A stretch of 44,863 bases of DNA from contig JBDRBM010000010.1 in assembly GCA_043822665.1 (NCBI GenBank), positions 1 through 44,863 of the forward strand, given 5' to 3'. The DNA comes from Candidatus Omnitrophota bacterium (lineage in GTDB: Bacteria; Omnitrophota; Gorgyraeia; Gorgyraeales; Gorgyraeaceae). Positions 35,614 through 44,492 of the stretch are shown one piece after another (positions within the stretch are counted from its first letter, which is position 1; the number at the start of each line of letters is the position of its first letter). The notes beneath the pieces were generated by a model. It saw only the letters and a program-made list of their open reading frames with translations, ran no database searches and had not been told where the DNA came from. Made by a program: the position numbers and the translations under genes.

Positions 35614-36579
35614 TCAGTTACGCTTAATGTTCCTGTAAACCGCTTCCATTAATTCTTTAATCCCCTCGCCTGTAACGCATGAAATAGGGTAAACTGTTTT
35701 TCTGACTTTCTTTCTGAATCGTTTTAAATTCTCGGATGCCTCAGTAAGGTCCATTTTATTTACCGCGATGATTTGCGGCCTTTTTAAAAGCATGGCATTG
35801 TAAAGCCCTATCTCTTTATTTATGGTTTTCAGGTCCTGAACAGGCTCTCTTTTTTCAACCGCAGCCATATCTATCATATGAACAAGTACCCTTGTTCTTT
35901 CGATATGCCTCAGGAATCTATCTCCCAGCCCTCTGCCAGCATGAGCCCCTTCTATCAAACCAGGTATATCACAGATAACAAAACTTCTTTCTGGCCCAAG
36001 CCGCACCAAGCCAAGTATAGGGGTCGTTGTGGTAAAAGGATAATCCGCTATTTTTGGCTTAGCGTTTGACACGCGTGAAATAAGGCTGGACTTGCCTACG
36101 CTGGGATAACCTATGATACCCGCGTCCGCGACTAACTTTAATTCAAGGATTATCTCTTTTTCCTCCCCGTTTTCTCCAGGGGTCGCGTCCCTGTACCTGG
36201 AATTACCTCTTCCTCCTTCTCCGCCCTTTACGATTACAACAGATCGCCCGGTACGGCTCAAATCGCAGTACGTAATGTCTTCGTTGGCATCTTTTACTAT
36301 TGTCCCAACGGGCACCTTGATTATACAATCCCTGCCATCAGCGCCTTTCTTGTGATTACTGCTGGCGTTTGAGCCAGAGTCTGCCTTAAAATGTTTCTTG
36401 TAATAAAAATCTACCAGGGTTTGGACATTGTTGTCAGGGGCAATTATAACATCTCCTCCATTGCCACCATCTCCTCCATCTGGCCGCTTATATCTCTGAA
36501 GCCTGCCTTTTGAAAAACTGTGGCACCCGTCTCCGCCATCCCCTGCATTGACGTATATTTTAGCATGGTCTATAAACAT
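35614..36579 (-). CDS. obgE: GTPase ObgE/CgtA (no C-terminal extension)
   Basis: MFID, PDGGDGG, GYPSVGKS, YPFTT, DIPG, GLG..FLRHIER and NKMD. Confidence 0.95.
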   Translation of the reverse strand: MFIDHAKIYVNAGDGGDGCHSFSKGRLQRYKRPDGGDGGNGGDVIIAPDNNVQTLVDFYYKKHFKADSGSNASSNHKKGADGRDCIIKVPVGTIVKDANEDITYCDLSRTGRSVVIVKGGEGGRGNSRYRDATPGENGEEKEIILELKLVADAGIIGYPSVGKSSLISRVSNAKPKIADYPFTTTTPILGLVRLGPERSFVICDIPGLIEGAHAGRGLGDRFLRHIERTRVLVHMIDMAAVEKREPVQDLKTINKEIGLYNAMLLKRPQIIAVNKMDLTEASENLKRFRKKVRKTVYPISCVTGEGIKELMEAVYRNIKRN

Positions 36580-36602
36580 AAATGAGCGCGTCGATTGCTA
36601 TA

Positions 36603-36688
36603 AGTTGCAGCATAAGATGCTGCAACTACATTTTAGGCTGTAGTTGCAGCGCCTTGCGCTGCTTGTAAAAAGGAAACTCCATACAATA
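36603..36688. repeat. GTAGTTGCAGC-type REP doublet followed by a degenerate motif B
   Basis: AGTTGCAGCAT-AAG-ATGCTGCAACTAC ... GTAGTTGCAGCGCCTTGCGCTGC, then AAAAAGGAAACTCCATACAATA. Confidence 0.75.
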
Positions 36689-36715
36689 AATTATGGTAAA
36701 GGGACACCACCTAAT

Positions 36716-36952
36716 CTATACTACATTAACCTTGCGGGCATTGCCAAATTTCACAACCCCGTCCCTCAGGGCAAAAAGCGTCTTGTCGCGGCCCATGCCC
36801 ACTCCGACACCAGGGAAAAACTTGGTCCCTTTCTGCCTGACAAGTATACTGCCAGCGCTTACAACCTGGCCCCCAAACCGCTTAACACCACGCCTCTGTG
36901 AATTACTATCCCTTCCATTCCTTGAACTTCCCTGTGCTTTAGTATGTGCCAT
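36716..36952 (-). CDS. rpmA: 50S ribosomal protein L27 (start moved to ATG 36952)
   Basis: [28 protein letters not shown] and [20 protein letters not shown] upstream. Confidence 0.96.
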   Translation of the reverse strand: MAHTKAQGSSRNGRDSNSQRRGVKRFGGQVVSAGSILVRQKGTKFFPGVGVGMGRDKTLFALRDGVVKFGNARKVNVV

Positions 36953-36979
36953 GATTATCCTTCTCCTGATCAACGTGTT

Positions 36980-37050
36980 AGTTTAAGGTTTAAAGTGAGA
37001 AGTTAAAGGTAAAAATCTCGTTTTAAACTTTTAACCTTTAACTTTTAACT
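36980..37050. repeat. Inverted heptamer arrays between rplU and rpmA
   Basis: About 5 (A/G)GTT(T/A)AA units face about 4 TTTAAC(T/C) units. The right arm includes the rplU stop codon. Confidence 0.7.
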
Positions 37051-37365
37051 AATATTTATCTCCCTCACCTTCAACACGACAAAATCCTGCCTGTGCCCTT
37101 TTTTCCTTCTAGAACTGCCATGCCTTCTTCTGTATTTAAAAGAAATTGTCTTTGGGCCTCTCTTTTCTCCCAAAACATCACAGGTAACAGATGCCCCCTT
37201 TATATAAGGAGATCCTACCTTTATCTCCTTATTGTCAGATATAAAGAGCACACTGCTCAATTTTACCTCTTTGGTTTTCTTTTTTGAGTCCAAAAGCTCT
37301 ACTGTAAAAATATCGCCCTTTGAAACTTTATATTGCTTTGACCCTGTCTCAACTATCGCGTACAT
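37045..37365 (-). CDS. rplU: 50S ribosomal protein L21
   Basis: MYAIVETGSKQYKV, VGSP and GHRQ. Confidence 0.96.
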   Translation of the reverse strand: MYAIVETGSKQYKVSKGDIFTVELLDSKKKTKEVKLSSVLFISDNKEIKVGSPYIKGASVTCDVLGEKRGPKTISFKYRRRHGSSRRKKGHRQDFVVLKVREINIS

Positions 37366-37400
37366 CGTACTCCTCCTTTTCTATCTATATGAAACATAAT

Positions 37401-37430
37401 ATTTTACAACAAATATACTAATCCTGTCAA
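37401..37430 (-). promoter_or_regulatory. Sigma70-type promoter for rplU
   Basis: TTGACA (37430-37425), 18 bp, TAAAAT (37406-37401). Confidence 0.65.
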
Positions 37431-37484
37431 TAGACTTATTGACTCATCTTTTAGCTAGAATTTATACCTAAAAAATCGGCAAAC

Positions 37485-38978
37485 TTATATCTGTATGCGA
37501 AAATCCTCAACATGCATTTCCGGATCAGCTATTATAACGACCTTGGCCCTGTGTTCATGTTCGAGCCTTGTTATGGAAGGCCTGTCCTCATTTAAAAGGT
37601 AATTTGCCACATTGGGATGCACATATGCGGATATCTCCTTAATCCTTGCCTTCTCAAGTTCTTTCTTTATATCCCTTAGCACATTGATAGCCATAGTGGT
37701 GGCTGACTTTACAGATCCTCTGCCGCCGCAATAAGGACAATTTTGATAAGACAGCTTTTTAACTCCTCTTCGCACACGCTGCCGCGTCATCTCCACTATG
37801 CCAAATTCAGACATCTTGAGTATCGTTATCCTTGCCTTATCTCTTTTGACCGCGTTAAGTAACGTATTGAATATCTCGTGCCTATGATTTTGTTGTATCA
37901 TATCAATAAAATCTATTACTATGATACCGCCTATATCCCTCAGCCGTATATGTCTGGCTATCTGCGCGGCTGCCTCTAAATTCACTCTAAAGGCAGTATC
38001 TTCCATACGCTTCCTGCTGAAAGAACCGCTATTTACATCTATGGCAATAAGCCCCTCTGTTTCTTCTATAAAAATGTATCCCTTGCATTTGAGCTCTATT
38101 TTTTTACTGTAAAGTCTTTCAATCTCTTTCTCTATCCCGCGCGAATCAAAAAGATGCGTGCGTTCTTTATAAAACATGAGTTTTCTTTTCATTGCCGGCA
38201 TCAAAGAATTGGCAAAATGCCTGAGTCTTTTGTACTCTTCTCTATCATCCACCAAGACCCTGCTTACATCTTCCTTGAATATATCCCTGAGGATCCTGAA
38301 GGTAAGGCCGCGTTCCTCATAGACAAGGCCCGGCGCCTTTACCTTGTCCGCGTCGTGTCTTATCCTGGACCAGAGCATGCTCAAATACCTTGCCTCGCGC
38401 TTGAATTCCTGCTCTGTCTTTCCAATTCCGGCCGTGCGTACTATAAGGCCCATTTTGTAATCCGGCTCTATCTTTTTTAAAATCTTATACATCCTGCCGC
38501 GCTCTTCTCTGTCAGTAACTTTCTTTGAGATTCCAATATGATGATCGAACGGCACAAGCACTATAAACCTGCCGGGAATACCAATATGCGTAGTAAGGCG
38601 CGGCCCCTTATTACCTATCGATTCTTTCACTACCTGGACCAGGACCTCTTGGCCTGGTTTAGCGAGTTTATTTATCTCTGAAGGCTTTGGCCGAGGCCTC
38701 CTGACATTGGCCCCTGAACCATTTTCTTCCAGGAGGTCAAAATCATGGGAAGCCCCAAGCATGTCAGAGACATACAAAAATCCGTTTTTTTCATAGCTTA
38801 TGTCCACAAATGCCGCGCCTATGCCCGATACTACAGACTTTACAACTCCTTTGTAAATATTCCCTGCCATGGTTATCTCAGACGGCCTCTCTACATAGTA
38901 TTCCTCCAGCACGCCGCCTTCTACCACGGCAACTCTTTTTTCCTGCGATTCAACATTTATCAAAATCTCTTTTTGCAT
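37485..38978 (-). CDS. rng: Ribonuclease E/G family (RNase G length)
   Basis: GNIYKG, AAFVD, VQVVKE, KGPRLT, IDVNSG, LRDIGGIIVIDFIDM, EMTRQR and CPYCGG. Confidence 0.92.
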   Translation of the reverse strand: MQKEILINVESQEKRVAVVEGGVLEEYYVERPSEITMAGNIYKGVVKSVVSGIGAAFVDISYEKNGFLYVSDMLGASHDFDLLEENGSGANVRRPRPKPSEINKLAKPGQEVLVQVVKESIGNKGPRLTTHIGIPGRFIVLVPFDHHIGISKKVTDREERGRMYKILKKIEPDYKMGLIVRTAGIGKTEQEFKREARYLSMLWSRIRHDADKVKAPGLVYEERGLTFRILRDIFKEDVSRVLVDDREEYKRLRHFANSLMPAMKRKLMFYKERTHLFDSRGIEKEIERLYSKKIELKCKGYIFIEETEGLIAIDVNSGSFSRKRMEDTAFRVNLEAAAQIARHIRLRDIGGIIVIDFIDMIQQNHRHEIFNTLLNAVKRDKARITILKMSEFGIVEMTRQRVRRGVKKLSYQNCPYCGGRGSVKSATTMAINVLRDIKKELEKARIKEISAYVHPNVANYLLNEDRPSITRLEHEHRAKVVIIADPEMHVEDFRIQI

Positions 38979-39268
38979 TCCAACACCTTTATCCCTTCTG
39001 GCAATTTTTCATTTATCTTTTGCGCAAATTCTCCTGGATCAATCCATCTCTCCAGCGTAAAAACGGCCTTTTCATTCTCGCTTTCCACCCCAAGCTTCAA
39101 GGCCCTTTCAAAACTTATCCTGTAATGAGGCGTATATCCCTGGCTAAGAGCGACAGGCAGTTCAGCCCGTCTTATAGCTCTTTGAAAAAGCCTCAGGATG
39201 TCCAGGTGAGAAATATACCTCAATATTCCTTTTTTAGAGAACCTAACCTCTATCTTGATCGTGCTCAT
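38960..39268 (-). CDS. Short TIGR03936/DUF2344-like radical-SAM-associated protein
   Basis: FSKKGILRYISHLD, RAIRRAELP, SQGYTPH..ISF..AL.LGVES. Confidence 0.8.
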   Translation of the reverse strand: MSTIKIEVRFSKKGILRYISHLDILRLFQRAIRRAELPVALSQGYTPHYRISFERALKLGVESENEKAVFTLERWIDPGEFAQKINEKLPEGIKVLECKKRF

Positions 39269-40659
39269 TTAGACGCGACGGCAGGTTTCGATTCAGGATT
39301 AACAAGATTAACTGTTATAAAAAATAAGAGATCTGTTGTCTCGACTGATTTTTCCTTTTTCTTAAACATTAAACTCAAAATGGGGATATCTCCGAGAACA
39401 GGCACCTTTACAATAGTATCTGTAATATTCTCCTTAATGAGCCCTCCTATTACAATAGTTTCTCCGTCCTTCACCATTACCTGCGTCGAGGCCCTGCGGG
39501 TAGAAAACCTTGGCGCCTGTATGTTACCTCCGGACGTGCTAAAAGTATCCCATGACAAAAACGCTGAGACCTCTGGTTCCAGCTTGACTACGATATAACC
39601 TTCAGGGTTTACCTGAGGCGTTACTGCAAGAGTAATGCCTAATTCCTTTTCTTCATATCCGGTGATTTCAATATTACCTGTTGATTCGTTCCTTTCATAA
39701 GTAGGAATACTAAATGTTGTAGCTACGACTATATTCGCCTCCTTGTTATCAAGCGTTGTGATCCTGGGATTGGAGATTATCTTTGTATTGGTCTTTGATT
39801 TTAAAATCTGCAGCGCTGCCTGCAGCTGTGTAAAATTCAGCGTGCCGAGCGTAAAGTTCGTTGGCAAGGCCATTGGAAAAGCCGCGCCTGGGCTGGGTGG
39901 AAAAACGCCTATACTATCTCCGGCTGAAGCGGACGTATCGCCCTCAGGGAACCATGTCCCGCCCTTATTCTTTCTGTCAAAAGGAAACGTCATGGGCCTG
40001 GCCGCGCCTGCCGCGCTAATCTGAGTTGTCCAGTTAATGCCGAGCTTATCATCTTTATCAAGTGTAGTCTCTATTATCTTCGCCTCGATATTTACCTGTT
40101 GCGTTCTTCTGTCAAGTTTCTCGATCACCTGTCTTATCTTATATATATTTGTGGCAATATCTGTTACTATTACAAGGTTTGCCCTTTCATCATATTTAAT
40201 ACTGCCTCTTTCGCTCAACATCTCTTCTATCGCCGCTGGCACATCTTTTGAGCTCGCGTAGTTAAGGGAAAACACCTCTGTAATAAGTTCTTCCTTTTCC
40301 AGATTTTCTGTCGTGGTAACGCGTATTATGTTCTCATCGCGTTCATAAGTGTATCCATATGTCCTCAGTATTACATCCAGCGCCTTCTCCCATGGCACGT
40401 CTGTAAGCCTTATTGTAATAGGGCCGGAGACATCCTTCCCGGCAACTATATTTATGCCGCTTTTATAAGAAAGTATTCTAAGGACATTTGTAATATCCGC
40501 ATCCTTAAAATCTAATGTCACGTTGCCTGGAGATGCGGCGCTCGAAATAGACACATCTTCCACGGGAGGCGCGTCAGCATCCTGCGCGTTTAAAAGACAG
40601 GGTATCAGCGCCGTAAAAAAAATAATCACCAACCCTATTGAACATTTCAAAATTTTCAT
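39265..40659 (-). CDS. pilQ: Type IV pilus secretin
   Basis: Signal peptide, LDFKDADI, VPWEKAL, DERAN, QVNIEAKI, SNPRITT, VKDGETIVIGGL and KVPVLGDIP. Follows pilMNO. Confidence 0.9.
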   Translation of the reverse strand: MKILKCSIGLVIIFFTALIPCLLNAQDADAPPVEDVSISSAASPGNVTLDFKDADITNVLRILSYKSGINIVAGKDVSGPITIRLTDVPWEKALDVILRTYGYTYERDENIIRVTTTENLEKEELITEVFSLNYASSKDVPAAIEEMLSERGSIKYDERANLVIVTDIATNIYKIRQVIEKLDRRTQQVNIEAKIIETTLDKDDKLGINWTTQISAAGAARPMTFPFDRKNKGGTWFPEGDTSASAGDSIGVFPPSPGAAFPMALPTNFTLGTLNFTQLQAALQILKSKTNTKIISNPRITTLDNKEANIVVATTFSIPTYERNESTGNIEITGYEEKELGITLAVTPQVNPEGYIVVKLEPEVSAFLSWDTFSTSGGNIQAPRFSTRRASTQVMVKDGETIVIGGLIKENITDTIVKVPVLGDIPILSLMFKKKEKSVETTDLLFFITVNLVNPESKPAVASK

Positions 40660-40679
40660 TTCCCCTCCCTTAAAACGTT

Positions 40680-41033
40680 CTAATCGTTAGTTAGCTCAAG
40701 CCTTATCTCTTCGCCGTCAATAATAAATACTACAGCATCCTTTTCTATTCTCAATATCTCTACAGCCCCTATCTTCTGCCCTTCCTTGACTATTTCTCCG
40801 TTTATTATAGCAATAGAGCCTCTTGCTTCATCCCACACAATACCCTCCAGCCTTATATCTTTTATCCCGCCTATACCGTAGGCATCTGAAATATAAACCC
40901 CTCCACCCGACACAAGAGGCACAAATGGGTCCCTTTTACCCTTTGCGTCATATATATAATCCTCTTCCGCAAGAGCCAACCCTGTTATCAATAAAACTAC
41001 GGGTATCATTAATATTTTCTTCATAATCGTCAT
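40680..41033 (-). CDS. PilP-like periplasmic protein
   Basis: Signal peptide, KRDPF, LEGIVW and AIING..VKEG. Lies between pilO and pilQ. No lipobox Cys. Confidence 0.65.
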   Translation of the reverse strand: MTIMKKILMIPVVLLITGLALAEEDYIYDAKGKRDPFVPLVSGGGVYISDAYGIGGIKDIRLEGIVWDEARGSIAIINGEIVKEGQKIGAVEILRIEKDAVVFIIDGEEIRLELTND

Positions 41034-41590
41034 TTTATTATGTATGTCTTTGTCCTTAGTTTTATGTCGTGGCGTCTTGGATCTCCGACAACCCCTTTTA
41101 TATCTATATCCTCGATCTTTATAAGTTTTTCCATTGTCTCGAGCTTATTAACAAACAGGCCGCACTGATGATAGCCTGCCCTTGCCTCAATCAGTATTGG
41201 CAATTCCGCATAAACGCCGCTTCTGGCGTTAACCTCTGCGCGGCCATCTACGGTTTCGAGAGGCTTTATCCTAAGTATCTGAACTCCTGAGGATTCCGCT
41301 ATCCTTGAGAAATCCTCAAGAAAGCTTGATATCTCATCCTGGCCTGGTAATTTCCTCTCAAGCAGCCCTGCCTGTTTTTTTAATTCTTCATGCTGGTGTT
41401 TAATCCTGGCCTCATTCTTTATCAGGGCCTCTGCGCTCTTAACCCTGGCCTTTATAGCCTGGTATTCTTTGTTTCTTAAAGACAATCCCGATATCTGCGG
41501 CCTTAATAAAAGACTATAGAACATCACCAATGCGGCAACGCCAAATATTCCAAACAATATCATAAGTTTTTGTTTTTCTTTGGGGTCCAT
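41030..41590 (-). CDS. pilO: Type IV pilus alignment protein PilO
   Basis: N-terminal TM helix, coiled coil, LP..EI, ELPI and GYH..G.F, plus synteny. Confidence 0.88.
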   Translation of the reverse strand: MDPKEKQKLMILFGIFGVAALVMFYSLLLRPQISGLSLRNKEYQAIKARVKSAEALIKNEARIKHQHEELKKQAGLLERKLPGQDEISSFLEDFSRIAESSGVQILRIKPLETVDGRAEVNARSGVYAELPILIEARAGYHQCGLFVNKLETMEKLIKIEDIDIKGVVGDPRRHDIKLRTKTYIIK

Positions 41591-41596
41591 ACTGTC

Positions 41597-42175
41597 TCAA
41601 AAATACAAAGCTATCCTGAAATCTACTACATCCCTGTCGCCAGTGCCCTTACGCTGGACAGATTCAAGTTTTATATTTCTAAAATCCTGGAAGAAAGACT
41701 GTTTTTCCCTTATGTCCTTCATAAACTTACCCACCGCGGCCATTGCCTCTTCTTTTTTTGAAATAACACTGCCTTCGATTATAAATCTGTTGTCCGCATC
41801 TGTATAGACGCGGGTAAGCCAGATACCTGGCAGGACAAGATCCGAAAGTTCATTCAATTTTCTTGACCAGAAAAATTTTCTTTTTGTAATTTCATCTAAT
41901 TCGGACATCTTGGCCATTAAAAACAAAATATCTTTATTCGCTTCTTCGGCCTGCGTCTTCTTGGAAGACATCGCCTGTTCCTTCTTCATTAAGTTGATAA
42001 TCTGTTTTTTTCTGATAGAAGACCCTGTAAACATAAAAAGCACCGATAGCGCCAAGGCTCCTATTAATATGCCCCCTGCCAGAAATTTGACCTTCCCTAT
42101 TGTTTCAAGGTCAAATTTCAAATCCAGTTTTTTCTGCTTTCGCATCTCTTCTGGTAAAAGGTTGATCTCTATCAT
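41597..42175 (-). CDS. pilN: Type IV pilus alignment protein PilN
   Basis: MIEINLLP signature, TM helix and PGIWL. Confidence 0.9.
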   Translation of the reverse strand: MIEINLLPEEMRKQKKLDLKFDLETIGKVKFLAGGILIGALALSVLFMFTGSSIRKKQIINLMKKEQAMSSKKTQAEEANKDILFLMAKMSELDEITKRKFFWSRKLNELSDLVLPGIWLTRVYTDADNRFIIEGSVISKKEEAMAAVGKFMKDIREKQSFFQDFRNIKLESVQRKGTGDRDVVDFRIALYF

Positions 42176-43152
42176 GTTCTCAATGCCAGGCCTACTGCAA
42201 CCGCAAATACAGCGGGCATGGCGCTTACCTCTTTCTCTGTCATGGATTCTGATATTCTTATATTGTCAAATGGATTCCACATGAGAGTATCCACCCCTAG
42301 ATTGTCTTTTAAAAAATCAACCATATTAAAGAGATAGGCCGTGCCGCCGCTGATATAAATCTTTTCCACGCATTTTCCGAATTGAGATTCGAAATAATCA
42401 AGCGACATCCTTACCTGAGAGGTCAGTCTTTCAAGCACAGGAACAATTATACCTACAAGCTCCTCGCGTTTCTCATTCGGATTTTTTTTCAGCGCCTCGG
42501 CATCTTCAAGGCTCAATCCCGTAGCGTCCTTAATCCTGTTCGTCACATCTATCCCGCCCCATAATATATCTCTTGTAAAATAGGCACGGCCTTTTGTTAT
42601 TATGTTCATGTTTAAAAACTTTGCGCCAATATTGATAAGCGCGCAAGTATTTTCATTCTTATTATCAAGATTGGTTCTTTGAAAAGAATTCAAAAGCGCA
42701 AAACTGTCTATATCTACGGCATTTATCTCAAGGCCTGCTCCTTTTAAAAGTTCTAACATGTTATTTACGTAGTTTTTCCTGGCTGCTACCAGTAACACCC
42801 GCTGACTTGAAGTAGACACCTTATCAAGCACCGCGCAGTCAATAATAGAATCCTTTATGTCAAAAGGTATGTATTTTTCCGCCTCGAACCTGATAGCGCT
42901 ATTGAGTTCTTCCTTTTTCATTGGCGGCATCTCTATATATCGGACGATGACAGATGGGCCGGATAGCGATACGTTCACGTGCTTCAACGATAACTTTGAA
43001 ACAGAAACTACATCCTCTAAAGCTGTCTTTGTATCTCCGTCCACCACGCGCCTAAGCGCGGCCTTTGTAATTTCAGGATAGCCTTTCTTATGCTCAATCT
43101 CTATGAGTTTTATGCTGTATTTGCCTATGTCTATTCCAGCTGTTTTCCTCAT
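42172..43152 (-). CDS. pilM: Type IV pilus assembly protein PilM
   Basis: GIDIG..SIK, FEAEKYIPF, VLLVAA, INIGA, SLDYF, SGG, NPF and VAVGLALR. Confidence 0.93.
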   Translation of the reverse strand: MRKTAGIDIGKYSIKLIEIEHKKGYPEITKAALRRVVDGDTKTALEDVVSVSKLSLKHVNVSLSGPSVIVRYIEMPPMKKEELNSAIRFEAEKYIPFDIKDSIIDCAVLDKVSTSSQRVLLVAARKNYVNNMLELLKGAGLEINAVDIDSFALLNSFQRTNLDNKNENTCALINIGAKFLNMNIITKGRAYFTRDILWGGIDVTNRIKDATGLSLEDAEALKKNPNEKREELVGIIVPVLERLTSQVRMSLDYFESQFGKCVEKIYISGGTAYLFNMVDFLKDNLGVDTLMWNPFDNIRISESMTEKEVSAMPAVFAVAVGLALRT

Positions 43153-43194
43153 GCTTCTTGCTCCAATATAAATAATAAATAGCTGCTATAATAA

Positions 43195-43650
43195 TTATTC
43201 TACTACCGGATCGCTTGGACCTGCCGGGCCCGAAGAATTTGCCTTAATCACGCTTGTTTCATCAGCGTAAAAATACCTGGACCCTGTCTTGCCAATCACA
43301 GTGGGATTGGCATTTAAGGCAAAGCTCTCTGAGTTCACGCGATTATATATGAAGTTATACCCCTGCTTTGTGCCGCTGGCAAGGACACTATCTATATACG
43401 GCGGATCAGAGATAGGAGGCACGAGATCTGAAAGACTGCTGGGATAGGCATGCGGATAGGAATTTGCATAAAAATTCTGAGTCGCGGTAACAACAGTCCT
43501 GCATGCGACCACTGCGGCCATCTCATTGGCATTTTGCCTGGCGCGCAGCACACTCGAAATAGCAAGCGTCGCAAGCGTCATCACGATTGCGACTACAATC
43601 ATTATTTCGACTAAAGTAAATCCTTTTGCAACCCTTCTCCCTGTCTTCAT
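43195..43650 (-). CDS. Type IV prepilin (paralog 2)
   Basis: Class III signal KG/FTLVEIMIVV and C-terminal GKTGSRYFYADETSVI. Confidence 0.9.
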   Translation of the reverse strand: MKTGRRVAKGFTLVEIMIVVAIVMTLATLAISSVLRARQNANEMAAVVACRTVVTATQNFYANSYPHAYPSSLSDLVPPISDPPYIDSVLASGTKQGYNFIYNRVNSESFALNANPTVIGKTGSRYFYADETSVIKANSSGPAGPSDPVVE

Positions 43651-43658
43651 TTATAATA

Positions 43659-43687
43659 AATTTATACTAATATACAGGAAATGTCAA
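43659..43687 (-). promoter_or_regulatory. Sigma70-type promoter for pilin 2 and pilM
   Basis: TTGACA (43687-43682), 17 bp, TAAATT (43664-43659). The ATG is only 8 nt further downstream. Confidence 0.6.
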
Positions 43688-43702
43688 GTGAAATAAGGCC
43701 CT

Positions 43703-43972
43703 CTTAACTTGACTAAACTTGCACGCCAAGAATCGTCAAGTTAAACGAGCACTTAGTCCCGAGCGAAGCCGAGGGGCGAATTTATCCTGCTGTAGCGACA
43801 AATAGGAGCTGCTGAAGGATCTCTTGAGATTGCTCGCCTCTCGGCGAAGCCAAGGGCTTCGCTTCGCTCGCGCAATGACAAGCATCTGTACAATAAAAGG
43901 AAATTCCTATACTGTCAAGTTAGCGTACGGCTTAACTTTACGAAAGTTGCATTGTAAGTTTTGTCAAGTTGA
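43703..43972. repeat. Composite repeat: motif A, REP/MITE fragments, motif B, motif A
   Basis: A at 43703-43744, GTCCCGAGCGAAGCCGAGGG at 43756-43775, GAGATTGC...CGCAATGAC at 43826-43879, B at 43895-43922 and a second A at 43930-43972. Confidence 0.82.
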
Positions 43973-43982
43973 AATTCCATGC

Positions 43983-44017
43983 AAAAAAAGTGCCAGGCAC
44001 TCAAGTGCCTGGCACTT
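43983..44017 (-). terminator. Intrinsic terminator of pilin 1
   Basis: The minus strand reads AAGTGCCAGGCACT-TG-AGTGCCTGGCAC followed by T7, about 30 nt after the stop codon. Confidence 0.8.
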
Positions 44018-44045
44018 ATCAAAACCTTTTACGCTACCGAACGCC

Positions 44046-44492
44046 TTATTCTATAGGCGCGCCAGATGCGTTGTTCAATCTAATGACTCCGCTCTCATCC
44101 ACAAAGAAAATACGCGTTCCAGTAGTACCGCTCACCGCAGGGCTAGCTGTGCATGTAAACTGGTTAGCGTTTATCAGCGCATAGGTGTAAAAATATCCCT
44201 GCTTTGCTGTTGCAGCTGCTGTAGCGCCTGCCAGGCTTCCGTCTATGTACGGTGGAGCCGCTGAGCCAAGCGCCGCAAGATTCGCGGGGTATGTTGTTGG
44301 CGTCTGCGCGGAACGAAAACTCTCGCAAGCTGTGGAGACAGTCCTCAAAGCTGCTATTGATGCCGCTTCATTTGCATTGTGCCTTGCCCGTAGCAAATTT
44401 GGTATAGCTATGGCTGCCAATAAGGATATAATTGCGACTACTATCATTATTTCTACGAGCGTAAAGCCATGCTTATGTCTTAATTTAAGCAT
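44046..44492 (-). CDS. Type IV prepilin (paralog 1, probable major pilin)
   Basis: HG/FTLVEIMIVVAIISLLAAIAIP. Has its own strong promoter, SD (AGAAAGGAG) and terminator. Confidence 0.92.
   Translation of the reverse strand: MLKLRHKHGFTLVEIMIVVAIISLLAAIAIPNLLRARHNANEAASIAALRTVSTACESFRSAQTPTTYPANLAALGSAAPPYIDGSLAGATAAATAKQGYFYTYALINANQFTCTASPAVSGTTGTRIFFVDESGVIRLNNASGAPIE

Noticed and set aside
36953-36973. Prp-cleaved N-terminal extension of L27
   Set aside because: The MIRRRII segment is the SD region read from a non-ATG codon. It lacks the LQFF-type motif, and no prp gene is adjacent.
12800-43972. CRISPR array interpretation of the A/B repeats
   Set aside because: There is no regular repeat-spacer period, the intervening sequences are themselves repeats, and no cas genes are present.
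43824-44264. 146-aa and 71-aa plus-strand ORFs between the pilins
   Set aside because: They translate repeat DNA, the terminator and the antisense strand of pilin 1.
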